64,000 nt of DNA from Balanoglossus misakiensis (taxonomy: Eukaryota > Animalia > Hemichordata): positions 9,100,254-9,164,253 of the forward strand of contig CM082583.2 of NCBI GenBank assembly GCA_040954595.2, in the 5' to 3' direction. Each line of letters opens with the position of its first letter. The first letter of the stretch is position 1. The notes under the pieces were generated by a model. That model was not told where the DNA came from. It saw nothing but the letters and a program-made list of their open reading frames with translations, and did not search any database. Made by a program: the position numbers and the translations under genes. This document shows positions 1 through 15,400 of the stretch, in pieces.

Positions 1-470
1 AATGTAACTGTTTGGACGTGGGTCGTGTCAGCAGATTTCTGAGTATAGAAGTGCTTAGTTGATGCAAATAAAGAAAATGGCTATATTCCACTTTTATCTT
101 CGGTTATTATTGTCAAAATTTTAGTTGTGTTTACTGACTTGCATATCTTCTGGCCTGTTGGGTATAAACTCAAAATAGACTTCGCAGTAGTTTGTCAAGT
201 CTTGGGCCTTGTATAGGTAACACAGGAAATGACCTTGGAGAGTTTTACCTGCAGGGCCTTGCCTGGTCAAAGTTGGTCTCAATATGGAACGAGTTAGGCC
301 TGGCAAAAACATTTGGCAATAATTGCAAATATGGATACAAGTGGCCTTGGTTTGGTTGAAGTTGTAATTGGCTTGTGGTATTGTTGTGTATCAATCACAG
401 ACAATGGAAAGTCCAGTCTGATTTTTCTCTCTTTTTCATTCATTACAATTTTTACCTTCTTTTCCTCCAG

Positions 471-3400
471 ATATCAACGAGTGCAGAGACAATCCTCAAG
501 TTTGTCGTCGGGGTCAGTGCGTCAATACGCCAGGCAGTTACCGTTGTAACTGTGATGCTGGGTATCAACTCCATCCAGAAGGAAAATACTGTATAGGTAG
601 GAGTATGAGGGAAAATTCAAGCATGTAAGATGTTTCCTGGGAATATTGCAAACTGCAAAGTGTAGTTCTTTATATGAAAGTTAATACTTTCCTGGAAGTC
701 TGTTAAATATTCACATGTGTTTCTTCCAGATGCCATTGAGTGTGAAACTACAGGCATGTGTGAAAATGGACGCTGTGTACCCTATAATGGGGCATTCCGT
801 TGCCAGTGCAATGATGGATATAAAGTGACAGCTCTAGGATGTGTAGGTAGGTACCATGTTAAAACATTAACCCAGAAGCTGACGTCAGTATAAAAAATAC
901 AACCATTCTTGGCAGCTTGGAAATGAGACGTAGGTTTGAGCATTTGGATGTGAGTTGCGTTTGTGATGTGTGGATACTGGTAAAAAATCTTAGTAGTTTC
1001 AAATTGGCTTCAGATTATCGTGTTCACTAATCACAGCCCAGAGGTGTATAAAGCATACAAGAACAGGGAAATCTTGAAAATTGCTATGTTAGGTTATTTT
1101 CCAATGTTATTGAGACACTAAAGAGATTTCAATTTTTATGAGACTCACATCCATGATATGGTAACCTGTATGCATCCTATGTGCTTTATTGTTCCAGATA
1201 CCAATGAATGTGCCGAACAGCCCGATCTTTGTGACAATGGGTACTGTGAGAATACTCCTGGAAGTTTCAGATGTCAGTGCTATACTGGATTTGAACTTGA
1301 TGCTTCAGGACGTTTTTGTAGGGGTAGGTTGACTATTTAAGAGCTCTGCACGTAACAACACTTGACACTATACCTCTACTCTATACTTTTCCAAATGCTG
1401 TTGGATAACTTTTTTGTAAGTTGAGGCTGCCAAAACATATTGACATCTACAATAGACAGTCTGGAATGTCTGGTGTTACAGAATATTGGGCAACAATACA
1501 GTATTCTGCATGACAAGGTTGCCCATTCTCACTTATCATAATGAGCAGCCATACCAACCATTTGTCAAATATATGAAATAATTTTAAACAAAAGTATTCA
1601 TAATGAACAGCTTGATATGCATTTCTTCAATAAATAGCCTTATAGTAAATTATTCAAATACAGTGGAAGTAATTTCCCATTATCAAAAACATTCCTTTTT
1701 TTGTACTGGCTATACATTCTTGGTTGTTTTTACGTTCAAAAACTTGTAGAGGGGCATATACACTGACTATTAGAATCAACATGATCATTTCAGGTTGAAT
1801 TATGGCCCTTCATGGTGTCTTCTTTCATTTAGCACCTTGAAACAAAAGCATTCCCAGACTAGCTGGTAGAAGTGCAAGTGTTTTGATGAGGAATATATGC
1901 AAAAGTCGTTCTGGGGGCGCTTCGAATGTGGTTGAGCTTAACCAATTACCAATGTTTTATTTATGTTGAGGCAGTGACCTGTGAATTGAAAGTCTAAACC
2001 TTTTCCTGTTGTGGTTAGTCTCAAGTAAACCTCTTGGGCAAACATTGAGATGGAGGATATCAAGATCCACTTATCTCAATGATTCATTGAAACTTCAAAC
2101 AAACTTATTATACCCATCAAGTGATAAAGTTTTGAAGAGACAGGCTTTGTTAAAAGTGGTTAACACTTGATATATGAATCTATGGATATATACTCACTAT
2201 GGGTATGAGAATATAGAATTTGTCTCTTCTTTTATGAAAATGCATGCCATTGCTTTTAGAGTTCTTCTGGCACACAATAAGTACCACCAATACAGTAGGA
2301 GTGTATTACTATATACCATACATTTAGAAACAAATAACTTCCAAAAATAAAAATGAATTTAAAACATGATGTATCTATGTGTAATACTTCTTTGCAGAAG
2401 CCAGAAAGGGTCACTGTTACACCATTACCAACAACCAGTGTACCAGCCCATCAATGACTGTGGTGACCAAATCGTCTTGTTGCTGTTCCATGGTCAGTAT
2501 GGCTAAACCCATGGGTTGGGGAGATCCCTGTACAAGGTGTCCCTCAGAGAACTCTGGCGAATACGACCTGCTGTGTACCCATGGCAACGGCAAGGATGGC
2601 ACTGGCAAAGGTAGGTCTCTCTGCTTCTCACATAATGTCAGTACATGTACCGGTATTTATGTCGTTTTGATTTTGGCATATTCCTTGCTGTTAATAGATT
2701 GGTAATTTTGTAACTTTATTTCATTTATTCCAGACATAAACGAGTGTGCACTGAACCCAAATCTTTGTGAGAATGGCGTATGTGAAGATATGAATGGAAA
2801 CTACAAATGCCGTTGCCATGATGGATACAAAATAGATAGTACTGGCAAAGAGTGTCTTGGTAAGTAACATGCTGTACCTCAAAATTAATGTCTGTCTGCA
2901 GTCATTACTCAGTCCTACTTCTATAGGACTATGACTGTTACAGTGTATTCCATGATTTTTTAATATTTCTGTTTTTCCCATCTTTTTTCAAGACATCAAT
3001 GAATGTGCTGTGAATCGTGCATTATGCACTGACGGTCTGTGTCGGAACGCTCCCGGAAGTTACAACTGTGAATGCTCAGATGGTTATCAGTTAGATCCAT
3101 TGTCTCTGGCATGTAGTGGTGAGTTGTCTATTCCCCCCAAAATAATTAGTTATCATATCACTGCATTGTTTTTGTTGCAAAGATTGTTCAGTGAAATCAG
3201 ATAGCAGACTGTGTAAATCATACAATTATCAGTCAACGGTCAAAGTCATCATGGTCAAAGTCATCAAAGTCAGATATTTAATATCAGAATTTAACAAAAA
3301 AGAATTTGAAAGAATTCTACCTCAGCAGCAAAACCTTGACTTTTCCTCTGTGTTTTATTTTTTTCCTTGACAGACATCAACGAGTGTAATCAGGTCCCCT

Positions 3401-6400
3401 CACCATGTGTTGGCGGTAAATGTGTAAACTATGCTGGCAATTTTAGATGTGAATGTGACCAACCTGGCACTACCCTTGATTCAACACAGAGGATATGTGT
3501 TGGTAAGTCTGAGTGCTCCAATCTGGCTTTTACACTGTTGCCACAAGGTTCTAAGATTTAACTCTTATGTCAATCAACAAAAAGTGCTTCTTGGAGGAGT
3601 TTTAGCTTCACCGTTTTAACAACAAAGTGAGCCTTTTGTATGAAGCTGTGCTTTGCGATAGCTTCTAGTTGTAAACTGAAAAGGTGTTTCTACCCATGTT
3701 ATATAGCATGTCAGAAGTTGTTTCACTGCCACTGATACTAACACCATGTTTTGGTTTGAGAATTCAAAGTGGTGTATTCAATGGGAACTTGCCGACCTAC
3801 TTTAGTATTGCCTGTGTTAGAAGTCATAAATCAGACATATGGGTTGGCAGTGGTTTGACTTGAGACTGCAGATGGTTTCAATGCCAAAACAATGGTACCG
3901 TTGTGCATTTGTGTGTGTGTGTATCCACATATGCTACGAATCTAAAGTCGAACTGTGTGTCTGATAATATATATGTTGAAGTCTGGAATACAAAAGAAAT
4001 TGAAGAGCATCTCAGGAACTTTGACATTAAGGAGGCATGGTAAAAGATTTTGTCTTACAACTCAAACAAAAAAAATCAGCTATCAGAATAAAAGTCATGA
4101 GTGAGCATTGCCAGTGAATCTCTTGAACGGCTATTTTTTGCTAAAATAGATACATTTCAGGCCAATTGTAGATTGAAATTGAAGTTTGCTATATGAAACA
4201 ATGCTTGCTTACAGATAACAGACTTGGAACCTGTTGGACAGACCTGCACAGCGGTCGGTGCGAGGGAGACCTGATGGGATTGATGAAGAAGGCAGAGTGC
4301 TGCGCCACCTTCGGTGTAGCCTGGGGTAGTCCCTGTGAACCATGTCCAACAGATGGCAGGAGGTGCCAGCCTGGTTATGTCAGCAGGCTTGGTGAAGAGT
4401 GTGAGGGTATGTGTAGTGCTTCCTTGTCAATCAGACAATTAATCAATCAATCAGACAATTAATCAATCAATCAATCAATCAATCTATCAATCAATCAATC
4501 AATCAATCAGTCAGTCAGTCAGTCAATCAATCAATCAATCAACCAACCAACCAACCAACCATCAGCCAACCAATCAATCAATCAATCAGCTAGTTACGTA
4601 AATCAGTCAATCAAGCAAGCAAGCAATCAGGCTGTCTGTCTGACAGCCAACCAGTATGTCAATCAACCAGTCAGACAGACAGACAGTCAGTCGGTGAATC
4701 AGGTGGTCACTTCTTTTTTTTGAAATCAGAGGTCACACTGTCCTGTATTTCTTACGCTGTATTGATCTAGCAATCTGTTTTTCATTCCAGATGTGAATGA
4801 GTGTGAAATCAACCCCATGGCATGTATTAATGGTCAGTGTGAAAACACAGCAGGTTCATACAGTTGCGTTTGTGATTATGGACTCACCTTGGATACCACA
4901 GGAACCAGATGTCTGGGTAAGATCAATGTCCGTTTCATTGAAGAAAACATGATATCTGATATCACTTACATTGTAAGATGTATACTCTCAATCAGTCGGT
5001 ACATCATGAAGTCTTATGTAAATTAAAGGGGGTATACATGAAAGCAGTGTGACTGGGGCTTTAATGAAATTGACTCTTTGTATCTTGTGTTTGATGCAGA
5101 TCTCAGGAGTGCCAAGTGTTACCTGGGATACGATGAGCGAGACATGAACTGTGAAAATGATCTGCGGGGTCTCTTCCGACAGTCTGAATGCTGCTGTACC
5201 ATTGGTGAAGGTTGGGGGACTACTTGTGAACAGTGTCCTCAGAAAGGAACCAGTAAGTACAGCAATTTGTGTGACCCTTGCTTGACCCCACATCCTGTCG
5301 TTTTGATGGTAGGAGTCCAACGTTATGACACGAAGACCGATTACTATGTTCTCATAATGGCTATATTCATTTAAATATTTTGCATTGGAAAAACTGACTT
5401 TTCAGGTATTCAGAACCTGCATGTCACAAAATTTTTAAGTTCGAGATGAGTAATTTGCATGTTATAACTCACCAGGTGAATACGCTGCTGTGTGTCCCAG
5501 GGGCGAAGGTTTTGCTGATGTTCGCCCTATCTCGGTGATAATGAGAGATCAAAGACCACAAGTCACAGGTAAACCTTTCCTATGATTTACAGGCATTTCT
5601 TATCTCACGGATTTATGGTGTGAATTTGTGTTCATAAAAAATCATCTTCATGCTTGTGATTTACGTTTTGATCTGACATACTACTTTATTTGTTCTGTTT
5701 CTTGATTGGTTAGACATTAATGAATGTGCAAGATTTCCATCATTGTGCACCAATGGAAAGTGCCGTAACTCAATCGGCAGTTTCAAGTGTATATGTGAAA
5801 GTGGCTATGCTCTAGATGCCAGTGGCAGGAACTGCACAGGTAGGTCTCATTCCATGATGTCTGAAGGAAGTGAAAGTAATACAATCTAATTTGGCATTGG
5901 TATTCTAGTTATGAAAAGTTCAAATACTAAAAACTCAAGTTTATGTCACTGTGCACTTATAATCAACCAATGAAACACACTCCACCTCTTCAATTCTCAA
6001 AGACTAAACTTTTTGTGATTTCCTTCCCAGATATTGACGAGTGTCGCATCCTGCGTGGTGTTTGTGGTAACGGAACGTGTGTTAACATACCCGGCAGTTT
6101 CATGTGTGACTGTCAACCTGGATTTGAATCCACCATGATGATGCAAGTCTGTATGGGTAAGTCACTTATAAGTGATCATTTTCAATATGCATTAAAGTCT
6201 ACTCAATCTCTCAATAGATAGAAAGTCACTCAAACAAGAACCTTGTGGCCAATGTAGAGGTTTGCTATTTGACATATCATATACTGGAATTGGTTGAGAT
6301 GAATTCATGTAATGTTTGAATATAAAGGTTGATATCTGTGGTGGTCACATGCAATGTTTTTTCATTAATAGATATCGATGAATGTGAAAGAACACCTAGT

Positions 6401-9400
6401 CTTTGTCGAGGAGGTGATTGTATTAACACCATTGGTAGCTTCAAGTGTATCTGTCCTGAAGGAAGAGAAGTGTCCTCGGATGGAAGGTCTTGCAGAGGTA
6501 TGTTTATGAACTCTGCCTGTAGTGATCGGGAAATGCTCTACTTTTTCCAGTAGCATGGTAATCAATAGACTCAGAGATGAAGGTTTTGCAAAATCCGTTT
6601 TCTAACATGGAACACTGTAAGACACACTTTTTCACTCAGAAAGCTGCTAAAAACATCAACAGTTTTACAGACATGACTAATGCATACTGGACCATAGGTA
6701 TATTGTATGATGTCATCTCATCACATCATATCTGACCACTTGGCTGTGTTTTGTTTTTATCAGATGTGGACGAGTGTTCCTCCACCCAGGGTATCTGTTC
6801 CAACGGTCGATGTCACAACACCTTGGGAGGTTTCCAGTGTATCTGTGATCCTGGCTTTGTACCTACAGCCAACCATCAAGCCTGTGAAGGTAAGAATACG
6901 TACGACCAGGATTTATCGTGATTGGAAATAAATCTTTGGGATGGTGGTAACTGAGGGACCAGTGTGAAGACCAAAAACAGATTTTAACTTGATGCATGAC
7001 TGTGCCGTCTGATGGTGGGGACAGAGTTTGCTGTTGACAACGATCTCTCTTTTGATTCACATTTTCCTTTTCTGTCCACAGATTTTGATGAGTGCTCTGT
7101 AAATAACGGTGGTTGCGAAATGAACTGCGTCAACATCCAAGGAAGTTTTGACTGCACGTGCGGTGATGGTTACAGCCTCATGCAAGATGGCAAGGATTGC
7201 CTGGGTGAGTTGTGAAAAATGTGCATGTGCTTTAAAAAATGAAAGATTGCAGATTAGTAGATGAGTATTTCTATGGGATTAGCCTTTCTGAGTATCTCCA
7301 TGCATTTTAAGAGTACGTGATGTAAAGCTTTACTTCCAGAAACCGTGCCTACAGCCCAATTTTTTTCAAGTGGTATATGTCTTGGCTAGTAATGACTATC
7401 TGCAGGACAGTGAGAGTAGATTTCTTTCATTCTGTTTGATTTTTGCAGATGTTGATGAATGCCTCCGTGGTCCAGAGGTTTGTGATGGCGGCATATGTAA
7501 CAACCAGCCAGGTTCATTTGAGTGCACCTGTTTTGATGGTTTCCGACCTGCACTGGATAACCAAAGCTGTCTAGGTGAGAGCAAACAAATAGAATTTCAA
7601 TCTCTCCAAATTGAATGTCTAGAGCTCAATTCTGAGGTATATTTCTTCTCAGGTTTAATATAGCTCTTCCATTTGCAGTGTGACAATATCAATTAATATA
7701 AGCACATCATTGTACATGTACATGTAATTGACTGAGTTGGTTCATGTTGTTTTTGTGATTCAGATGTTGATGAGTGCAGCTTCCAACAGAATCTGTGTCT
7801 TGATGGTACCTGTGAGAATACCCAAGGATCATTCCTGTGTCTATGTGATCCTGGATACGCAATCCAGCCAGGCAGAATGGGATGCGTTGGTTAGTGATGT
7901 TTCTGAGTCTGTCAAATCTGTGTTTTGAAGTAGACAGTACAATTTACGTCTTTCTCTCTCTCTCTCGCCACATTACGACATAATTTTAATGGTTAATTGT
8001 TTTGCAATTTCACATTCAGTGTATTTATTGTTTGTTTGATCAAAATCACTATGTGTGTAAGATCTCTGAGTTTGATCATCATAATGAAATCTTTCCCTCT
8101 CTCCATCTCCTCGTTTGCATCTCAGATCAAAATGAATGTGAAACAGGTATGCACAACTGTGCCTTGAATGCAGAATGTGCCAACATCAAGGGTTCCTTCA
8201 GATGTCGTTGCAGAGCTGGGTTCCTCGGTGATGGAGTCAACTGTATAGGTGAGAAAACAAATAATTCAATCTTTATATCACATTCCAGGCATATCATTCT
8301 TTTCATATATTGCCTCAAATCCTCAAATTGCTAAACAGAGTAACATTGTTGGTATGTGTTCCTATTTCAGACGTTGATGAGTGTGCCAGTCAGTCAGATA
8401 CCTGTCATATTGATGCAGACTGTGTCAATATACCAGGATCCTATCGTTGCCAGTGCAGAAATGGTTATGTAGGAGATGGTTTTGACTGCCTTGGTAAGTG
8501 TAGATTTTTAACCTGAAGAGAACATTGTCATATGTGAGTTGTTAATAGCAAAGCCAGTAAGGATTTTGACAAGGGGATATCAGTATCTCTAGTATCTGTC
8601 ACCCCCGTATCCCTGTACAGAGGTCCAACTTTACCATAGAAAACAATGGATTCGGACCAATACTTGGTGGTGAAAGGGTTGAAATGCTAACTGTGTTCGC
8701 ATGGACTTTATGAACTTACCTATATTTTTATCACCCAGATATTGATGAATGTAGCTTGGACCCCAACCTGTGTAACAACGGCCAGTGTTTGAACATACCA
8801 GGAAGTTATGAGTGTGAATGTGATATGGGATACATCGCATCGCAGGAGAAGGATAGATGTGATGGTAAGAGTCAGTGAACTTGATCTTGATGTTGTCCGT
8901 AAAAAGTTGCCTGTGACAGTGTAATGGTGTATCATAAACTGTTCATATTTCCAGTATCTACTTATCGCGATTCATAAATGTGTGTCTGACCTGGGTTTGT
9001 TTCTTTCTTACCTCAAAGACATTGATGAGTGCACAGCATTAGCAGAGGTGTGTGTGTTTGGAAGGTGCATAAACCTGCCCGGACAGTTCAAGTGCGAATG
9101 TAACGAAGGCTTTGTGCTTGACAGTGGAAGAGCCAATTGTACAGGTAATGTACACCACATTTGTATTTCATTGACATTAAAGCACTGAAGTTATTTGGCA
9201 ACATTCAAAAATTACTTGCAATCAAAATATCTTTCAATCTCTTTACGAACACTAAGGGACAAAATATTGAAGAGCTCAAACTTTGTTGAATAAAATATTA
9301 TTGCTTTTCCATTCAGATTTCAATGAATGTTTGAGGCCAGACACCTACTGCTTAGGAGGCATCTGTCTTAACACAGTTGGCAGTTACTCTTGTAGCTGCC

Positions 9401-12400
9401 CTCCAAACTTTGTTCTTGGTGAGACTGGAACTGGATGTATAGGTAAGATTTTTTGGGAGTGATATCACTGAGGGGACTGGCTTTGTATACTAAGTGATTC
9501 GCACCTGTACCAGTTATAGACATACTTTCTGTGTTTGCTACAGATGAATTATGTATTAAATAAAATAAATAAAGTCTAGAGTTTAGATGTCTGTAAACCT
9601 TCAAAGCCTTCAATTTCATTCAGATCCAAGAAGCGGTACTTGCTACCTGGACTATTCAAGTAGGAGAGGAGACCTTTCCACCTGCAGCACTGAACTTGGC
9701 AGCAATATTGGCAGAGCTGCATGCTGCTGCACTCTGGGTGCTGCGTGGGCAGAAGATGGGAGTCTTTGCGAGCTCTGCCCTCCAGTAAATTCAAGTAAGC
9801 CATTAGTAGAAGTGTATTTCGATAAGTACGCCCTCTGAAAATTATTATAAAAAGTATTCATTTTGACTTTATGTTCCGCTTAAAGTTTATACTTTAAAGT
9901 CAATGTGTTGTTTTCTTTTTTGCAGCTGAAGAACAGCAACTTTGCCCACAAGGACGGGGCTTCAAACCAGATGAGTTTTCACTCATTATTGAAGGTACTA
10001 AAGATTCCCTTTCTTGCTATTGCTCTGCATTTGTAATTCTATATATTTGCAGCAGAAGATTGTTAAATTTAAAGACAAAAAATGGTTCAATGGAAACCTA
10101 ATACTGTCTGACAACAATTAAACTTCTCCCACTAATGCAGCTGTGCAATATTGCTGTATTACTTTTTATGGATTTCTTTCACGTTTTATTCAATTTTCAG
10201 ATATTAATGAATGTGAAGAATTTCAAGAGGCTTGTGTTGGTGGAACCTGCAGTAACACTTTTGGTAGTTTCCTCTGTACCTGCCCATTTGGCTACTTGCT
10301 GGATGCCAGTGGGAGAGTGTGTGTGGGTAAGTGCAGTGACACCGGTTGATTGACCAAACATGAAACAGCTCATTGAGACATACAAGTGATGTGGTCATTT
10401 TTTCTCCAGGAGATAAAATTTAATACTGAACTGCATCATAATTCTTATATGTTTTGTTTGACTTCTTGAAGACGTCAATGAGTGTGAAAATGCCCCTTTC
10501 CTGTGTGGAGCTGGTACGTGCATCAACACCATTGGAGATTATGAATGTATCTGCCCAGAAGGTCACATGATGATGGATATGTTTGACGGCAAGAACTGTA
10601 TGGGTAGGTGCAATTTCTAAGCTCTGTCTCCTGTTCCCCATGGTTTATATGTATGTTTATTTATATTCAACCAACATCTCATACTTTCTGTTCACTGTGT
10701 CATTTCAGACATGCGGGTTAGTGTGTGCTACACACAGTTCAGAAATGAAACGGACAATGCGCCTGAACTCTGTCAGAATCCACTGACATTCAACGTCACC
10801 AAGAAAGTATGTTGTTGTTCAGTTGGAATGGCTTGGCACAACCCATGTGAGGCGTGCCCACCTCCATACTCACGTAAGTACCAATGTTCCCAGTGAAGTG
10901 CTTGTCTTTGGCAGTACTTTATAGTCTCCCACTTTCTTACTGTATATACTAGTACTGTTTATATTCCCTATAAGTAATGGCAGTGAACTATTGAACACTC
11001 CTGTTCTGTCAATTTTTGTTAGTCTTAACCAATATATCGGTCAGTATAGCTTCGTATGGTAATGTACATGTTCATTCACTAACCTACACCGTGGTTTGTC
11101 TCGTACCCACAGTTGCCTTCAAACAGATTTGTGGTGAAAAGCCCGGAGAAGTTGTCGACCCAGAAACTGGTGAATCCATGGGTAAGTGAACATGGTTCTT
11201 TGATATAAAATACACCAGAGTCACCATGCTTTTTTTGATATACAAGGCTGTGAATTACATCCTTACAGTGATATACGTTATACCGGTAATACTTTCAAAA
11301 TATTTTGCCTGATATGTGTTTTTTGTTTTACTCTAGATATGGATGAATGTCGGGACATCCCCGGCTTGTGTGCCAATGGCATTTGTGTGAACACCAAGGG
11401 TAGTTACAGATGTGACTGTCCCCCAGGATATCGTTTTGGATTCACATCATTGGCTTGTGACGGTAAGGACCACCTTCTCTTTAAAAGTCAGTGTAGATGT
11501 CCCCTTAGTAGCTTCTACTACATAAACCTGTGGTCAGTGTGTATTCATTAGTTAGCGTTACAATGTTTTTTTTTTAGAATCTCAACATCCGCTAGTGAAT
11601 AATGTTGAACTTGGATGATTCATTTCAGATATTGATGAGTGTGCTGAAGGAATGGCCATGTGCTTTACCAATTCACGGTGTGTCAATGAACCCGGAGGCT
11701 ACAGGTGTGAGTGTCCACCGGGATACCGCAAGACTGCTGATCAACGCAGCTGTGTGGGTAAGTCAGCACTTTCTTAAGTAACACATGCCTGAGAGTCATT
11801 TGGTTATAAGTTTCACCAAGCTAGCTGTGCATTAATAATTAGGAGAAAGTTATGTTAATGCCCAATGCATACAATCAGATCAACTTATGGCATGTTTGCT
11901 CTCTTCTCTTCCAGACATTGACGAGTGCGCAGAAAACCCTGGCGTGTGTGGCCATGGCACTTGCTTGAATCTTATGGGCAATGAATACACCTGTCTTTGT
12001 GACAATGGCTACACCAACAGCCAAGGAGACCCAATCACATGTATAGGTAAGAGATGAAACTGCATACTGATTTCATTGCTCATAGTACTTTCATTATACG
12101 TTCCAAGCGCAAGAATCAAGCATAAGCATACTTTCAAGGTACAGTTGTATTTGAGGCAGGCACATTTGTTAGGATAGAATTGCAAATTTCAATATGTTTA
12201 TATCTGATTGTGTAATTTGTCAAAATATTCAGTATGACTGATAAATTGTCTTTTTCTGCCCTTAGATGTCAATGAATGCGATATTGAGCCACCACTGTGT
12301 GTCAATGGGGATTGCATCAATGGTGATGGGTCCTTCGAGTGTGTCTGCCATGATGGCTTTGAACTCACCGACAACAAAGACTGTACCGGTAAGATTGCAT

Positions 12401-15400
12401 CAACTGAACACCCTTTTAACTAACTCTTTACCCTGTGTAGCAGTTGTACTTTTGTGACAATTGTACTAAGAAAGTACTTTTTACTTTCTTATTAAAAAGT
12501 TTTCCGTTCTGATTTTCTCTCCAAGATATCAACGAGTGTGAAATATTAAGTGGCATATGTGAGAATGGCATCTGTAACAATGGACTTGGCAGTTTCACAT
12601 GTCTCTGTTTGGATGGTTTCAAGCTAAATGAAGAGGGTGATAGCTGTATTGGTAAGCCTTCTATTTTAAATACTTCTACTGATACACCAAGAATTTTGTT
12701 CAGTTATTTCAACATCAAAATTTAATTATTGATTCCTGCTTCTGTCAGTCATGAAGAAAATGAGAATTTACTAAAGAGTGCCAGAAATCTAGCAGATGAC
12801 ATTTGTAGTGATTTATTACAGGTGTGTTTTTCCCATGCGAGCAATTCTAACCTACAATTGACAAGGTGTTGTACTTTGTGTTTTCTCACGAACAGACACC
12901 AATGAATGCCAAGACGACCCCGACATCTGTGGCGTTGGTACATGCCAGAACACCATTGGCTCGTACGTCTGTATGTGTCCTGAGGGGTACGAACTTAGCC
13001 TGTCGCAAATACTCTGCCTAGGTTAGTATCCACCTTCCATCCAGTCACGTGAAGTGGCATTATTTAATGTGAAATGCACATTTGAGAATCTCTCATTTGT
13101 GTCAGATTTGGTTGTTTTTAACCCATGCATCTGTCAAAATAACGGAACACTTAAGCTAATGTACAGAACACCATCACCATGTTTAATTCTCCACTGAAAC
13201 AAATTACCAAAGCGAAGATTTTTGCCTCATCCCCCATCACTTGTCTTGTAAGCTTTGTTTTCATATGACATTTTCTCTTCTTCTTTTTAACAGATATCAA
13301 TGAATGTACCGGTTTGGATAGAGTGTGTGTTGATGGCGAGTGTACCAATACAGAGGGTAGCTTCACTTGTACTTGCCCAGAAGGCTTCATGCTGACAGAT
13401 GACATGAGAGTGTGTCGAGGTAAGTTGCAGAGCTCTCTTACAAAAAATTGTGCACATTTGTAATTCTACAATCTTGCCATCTTTACATCGAGGGAAATCT
13501 GACAAATATTACAAGTTAGGTCTGCATTGTGTGAAGAGAAAGCAAATATTTTCAGCAGTGTTTTTAGTTGTTCACGTTTTTCCCAATGGTCCTTTCCTCT
13601 TCTAAGATATGCGCAAGTACCCGTGTTTTGATGACTTTGAGGAAGGCCAGTGTACAACTCCGAGATCTGGAGTCTCCACCAGAGCACAGTGCTGCTGCAG
13701 TAAAGGAGCTGGATGGGGCAACCCGTGTGAAATCTGTCCAAAAGAGGGTGAAGGTAAGTTCCTTTGTTGGATAATTCTTTTAGTGTTGTTCACAAACGCC
13801 CACTTTAGTAAGAATACCGATGAAAGACCACTGAATCACATCTATGAAATGGTATTGGGTGATCTGCAACATTCCGTGTTCTCTTCCAGATGACTTCATT
13901 ATGCTGTGCCCAGATGGATTTGGTATCGCACCCGGCACCAATCCAGACATCATGGAAGACATCAACGAGTGTAAACTGTTTGATGACAGTTGTGGCAGTG
14001 GATACTGTGTCAACACTGATGGCTCCTACCGTTGTGAATGTCCAATGGGCTATGTCCTGGACGGGTCCGGCACTAACTGTGTTGGTAAGTGAAAATGACA
14101 CACAGAGAATATTTTGATTTTATCATATGAAACTAGGCTACCTTTTATCACGAAGAGAACTTTCAAACGCTTGTGAAAGTAATTGCACAGAGATAGAAAG
14201 TGAAGCAAGCAAGAAAGGTGATTAATCATACTTGTAAGAAAATCAACCAATTCAATTCCTTTACCATGGAACTGCAGTGTTTTCAGTGGTAAAGTTGAAT
14301 GATATCTATACACACAATGACAATTGCCCCCTCTTTAATCACCAGATGATGACGAATGTGCTGCAGTCACTGATCCATGTGGTAATGGTGTCTGCCAGAA
14401 TGTGGACGGTGGATATGTCTGTGAGTGCGATGAGGGCTATGAGGCTGGCATGGACAATACCTGTCATGGTGAGCATTTCATTTCTAGAAGAATTTGAAAG
14501 TTGCATGTACTTCTCTAAGCGAAAAATCTTTTATTATTACATCAACCATTTATGTCCACTTACTAGAAATCAACAGAATATGTAAGCACTACTTTCAGGC
14601 ATATTTGTGCTGATTGTTATTGATGAAAGCTTACATAAATGTCATTGTATTATATAGAAACTTGAATATTTAAATTATTAGTTGGAGCATAGACTTGTGA
14701 ATCAAGATGCAGATTTTAGCCCTGAGATGATTCACTAGTTAATTTGTGCCTTTACTTTTCTCTCTGTGATAGATGTTGATGAGTGTGATTACCTGGGCTT
14801 TGAATGTGCTTTCCGGTGTGAAAACACAGAGGGTTCATATGTCTGTTCATGTCCTAAAGGCTATACAGTCTTACCTGATGGAAAGCACTGTGGAGGTAAG
14901 TGAATTATTATGATGAGGAAATCATGGCAGACACAAGGCAACAATCAAAGCAAGGTCTGCACAAATTATTGGGAGAGAAATTTTATTCTGGGAGAAGGCC
15001 TTCTGAAGACCTGAAGTCAGGTCTGTTGTGACAACTGTAACTTATCAAGGATGGCGAGTTACCAAGGGACTTTACCACTGGTTGTTACTCAATTGTAACC
15101 ATCTCTTGGCAAGAGTCGACTGTGTCCTACACATATCACAATCAGTTGTGATGATTGATCATTTCTTACATTGGTATCTTCTTCTCCTCTCACTTAGATT
15201 TGGATGAATGTGCAACTGGTGCACACGACTGTAATTTCAACTGCAAAAACTTGATTGGCACTTACATGTGCATCTGCCCAGCGGGCATGGAGCCCCTAGA
15301 ATCAGATATGGATACGTGTGTGGGTAAGTTCTATCAAATTTCACCAACAGACAAGGTTGTTGCTCATGAAAGATCCAAGAGAAGGCAAAGTTTTAGTCTG

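Noticed and set aside
3238-3273. GGTCAAAGTCA repeats resembling a nuclear-receptor DR1 element
   Set aside because: Explained equally well by a small local tandem duplication; no independent support.
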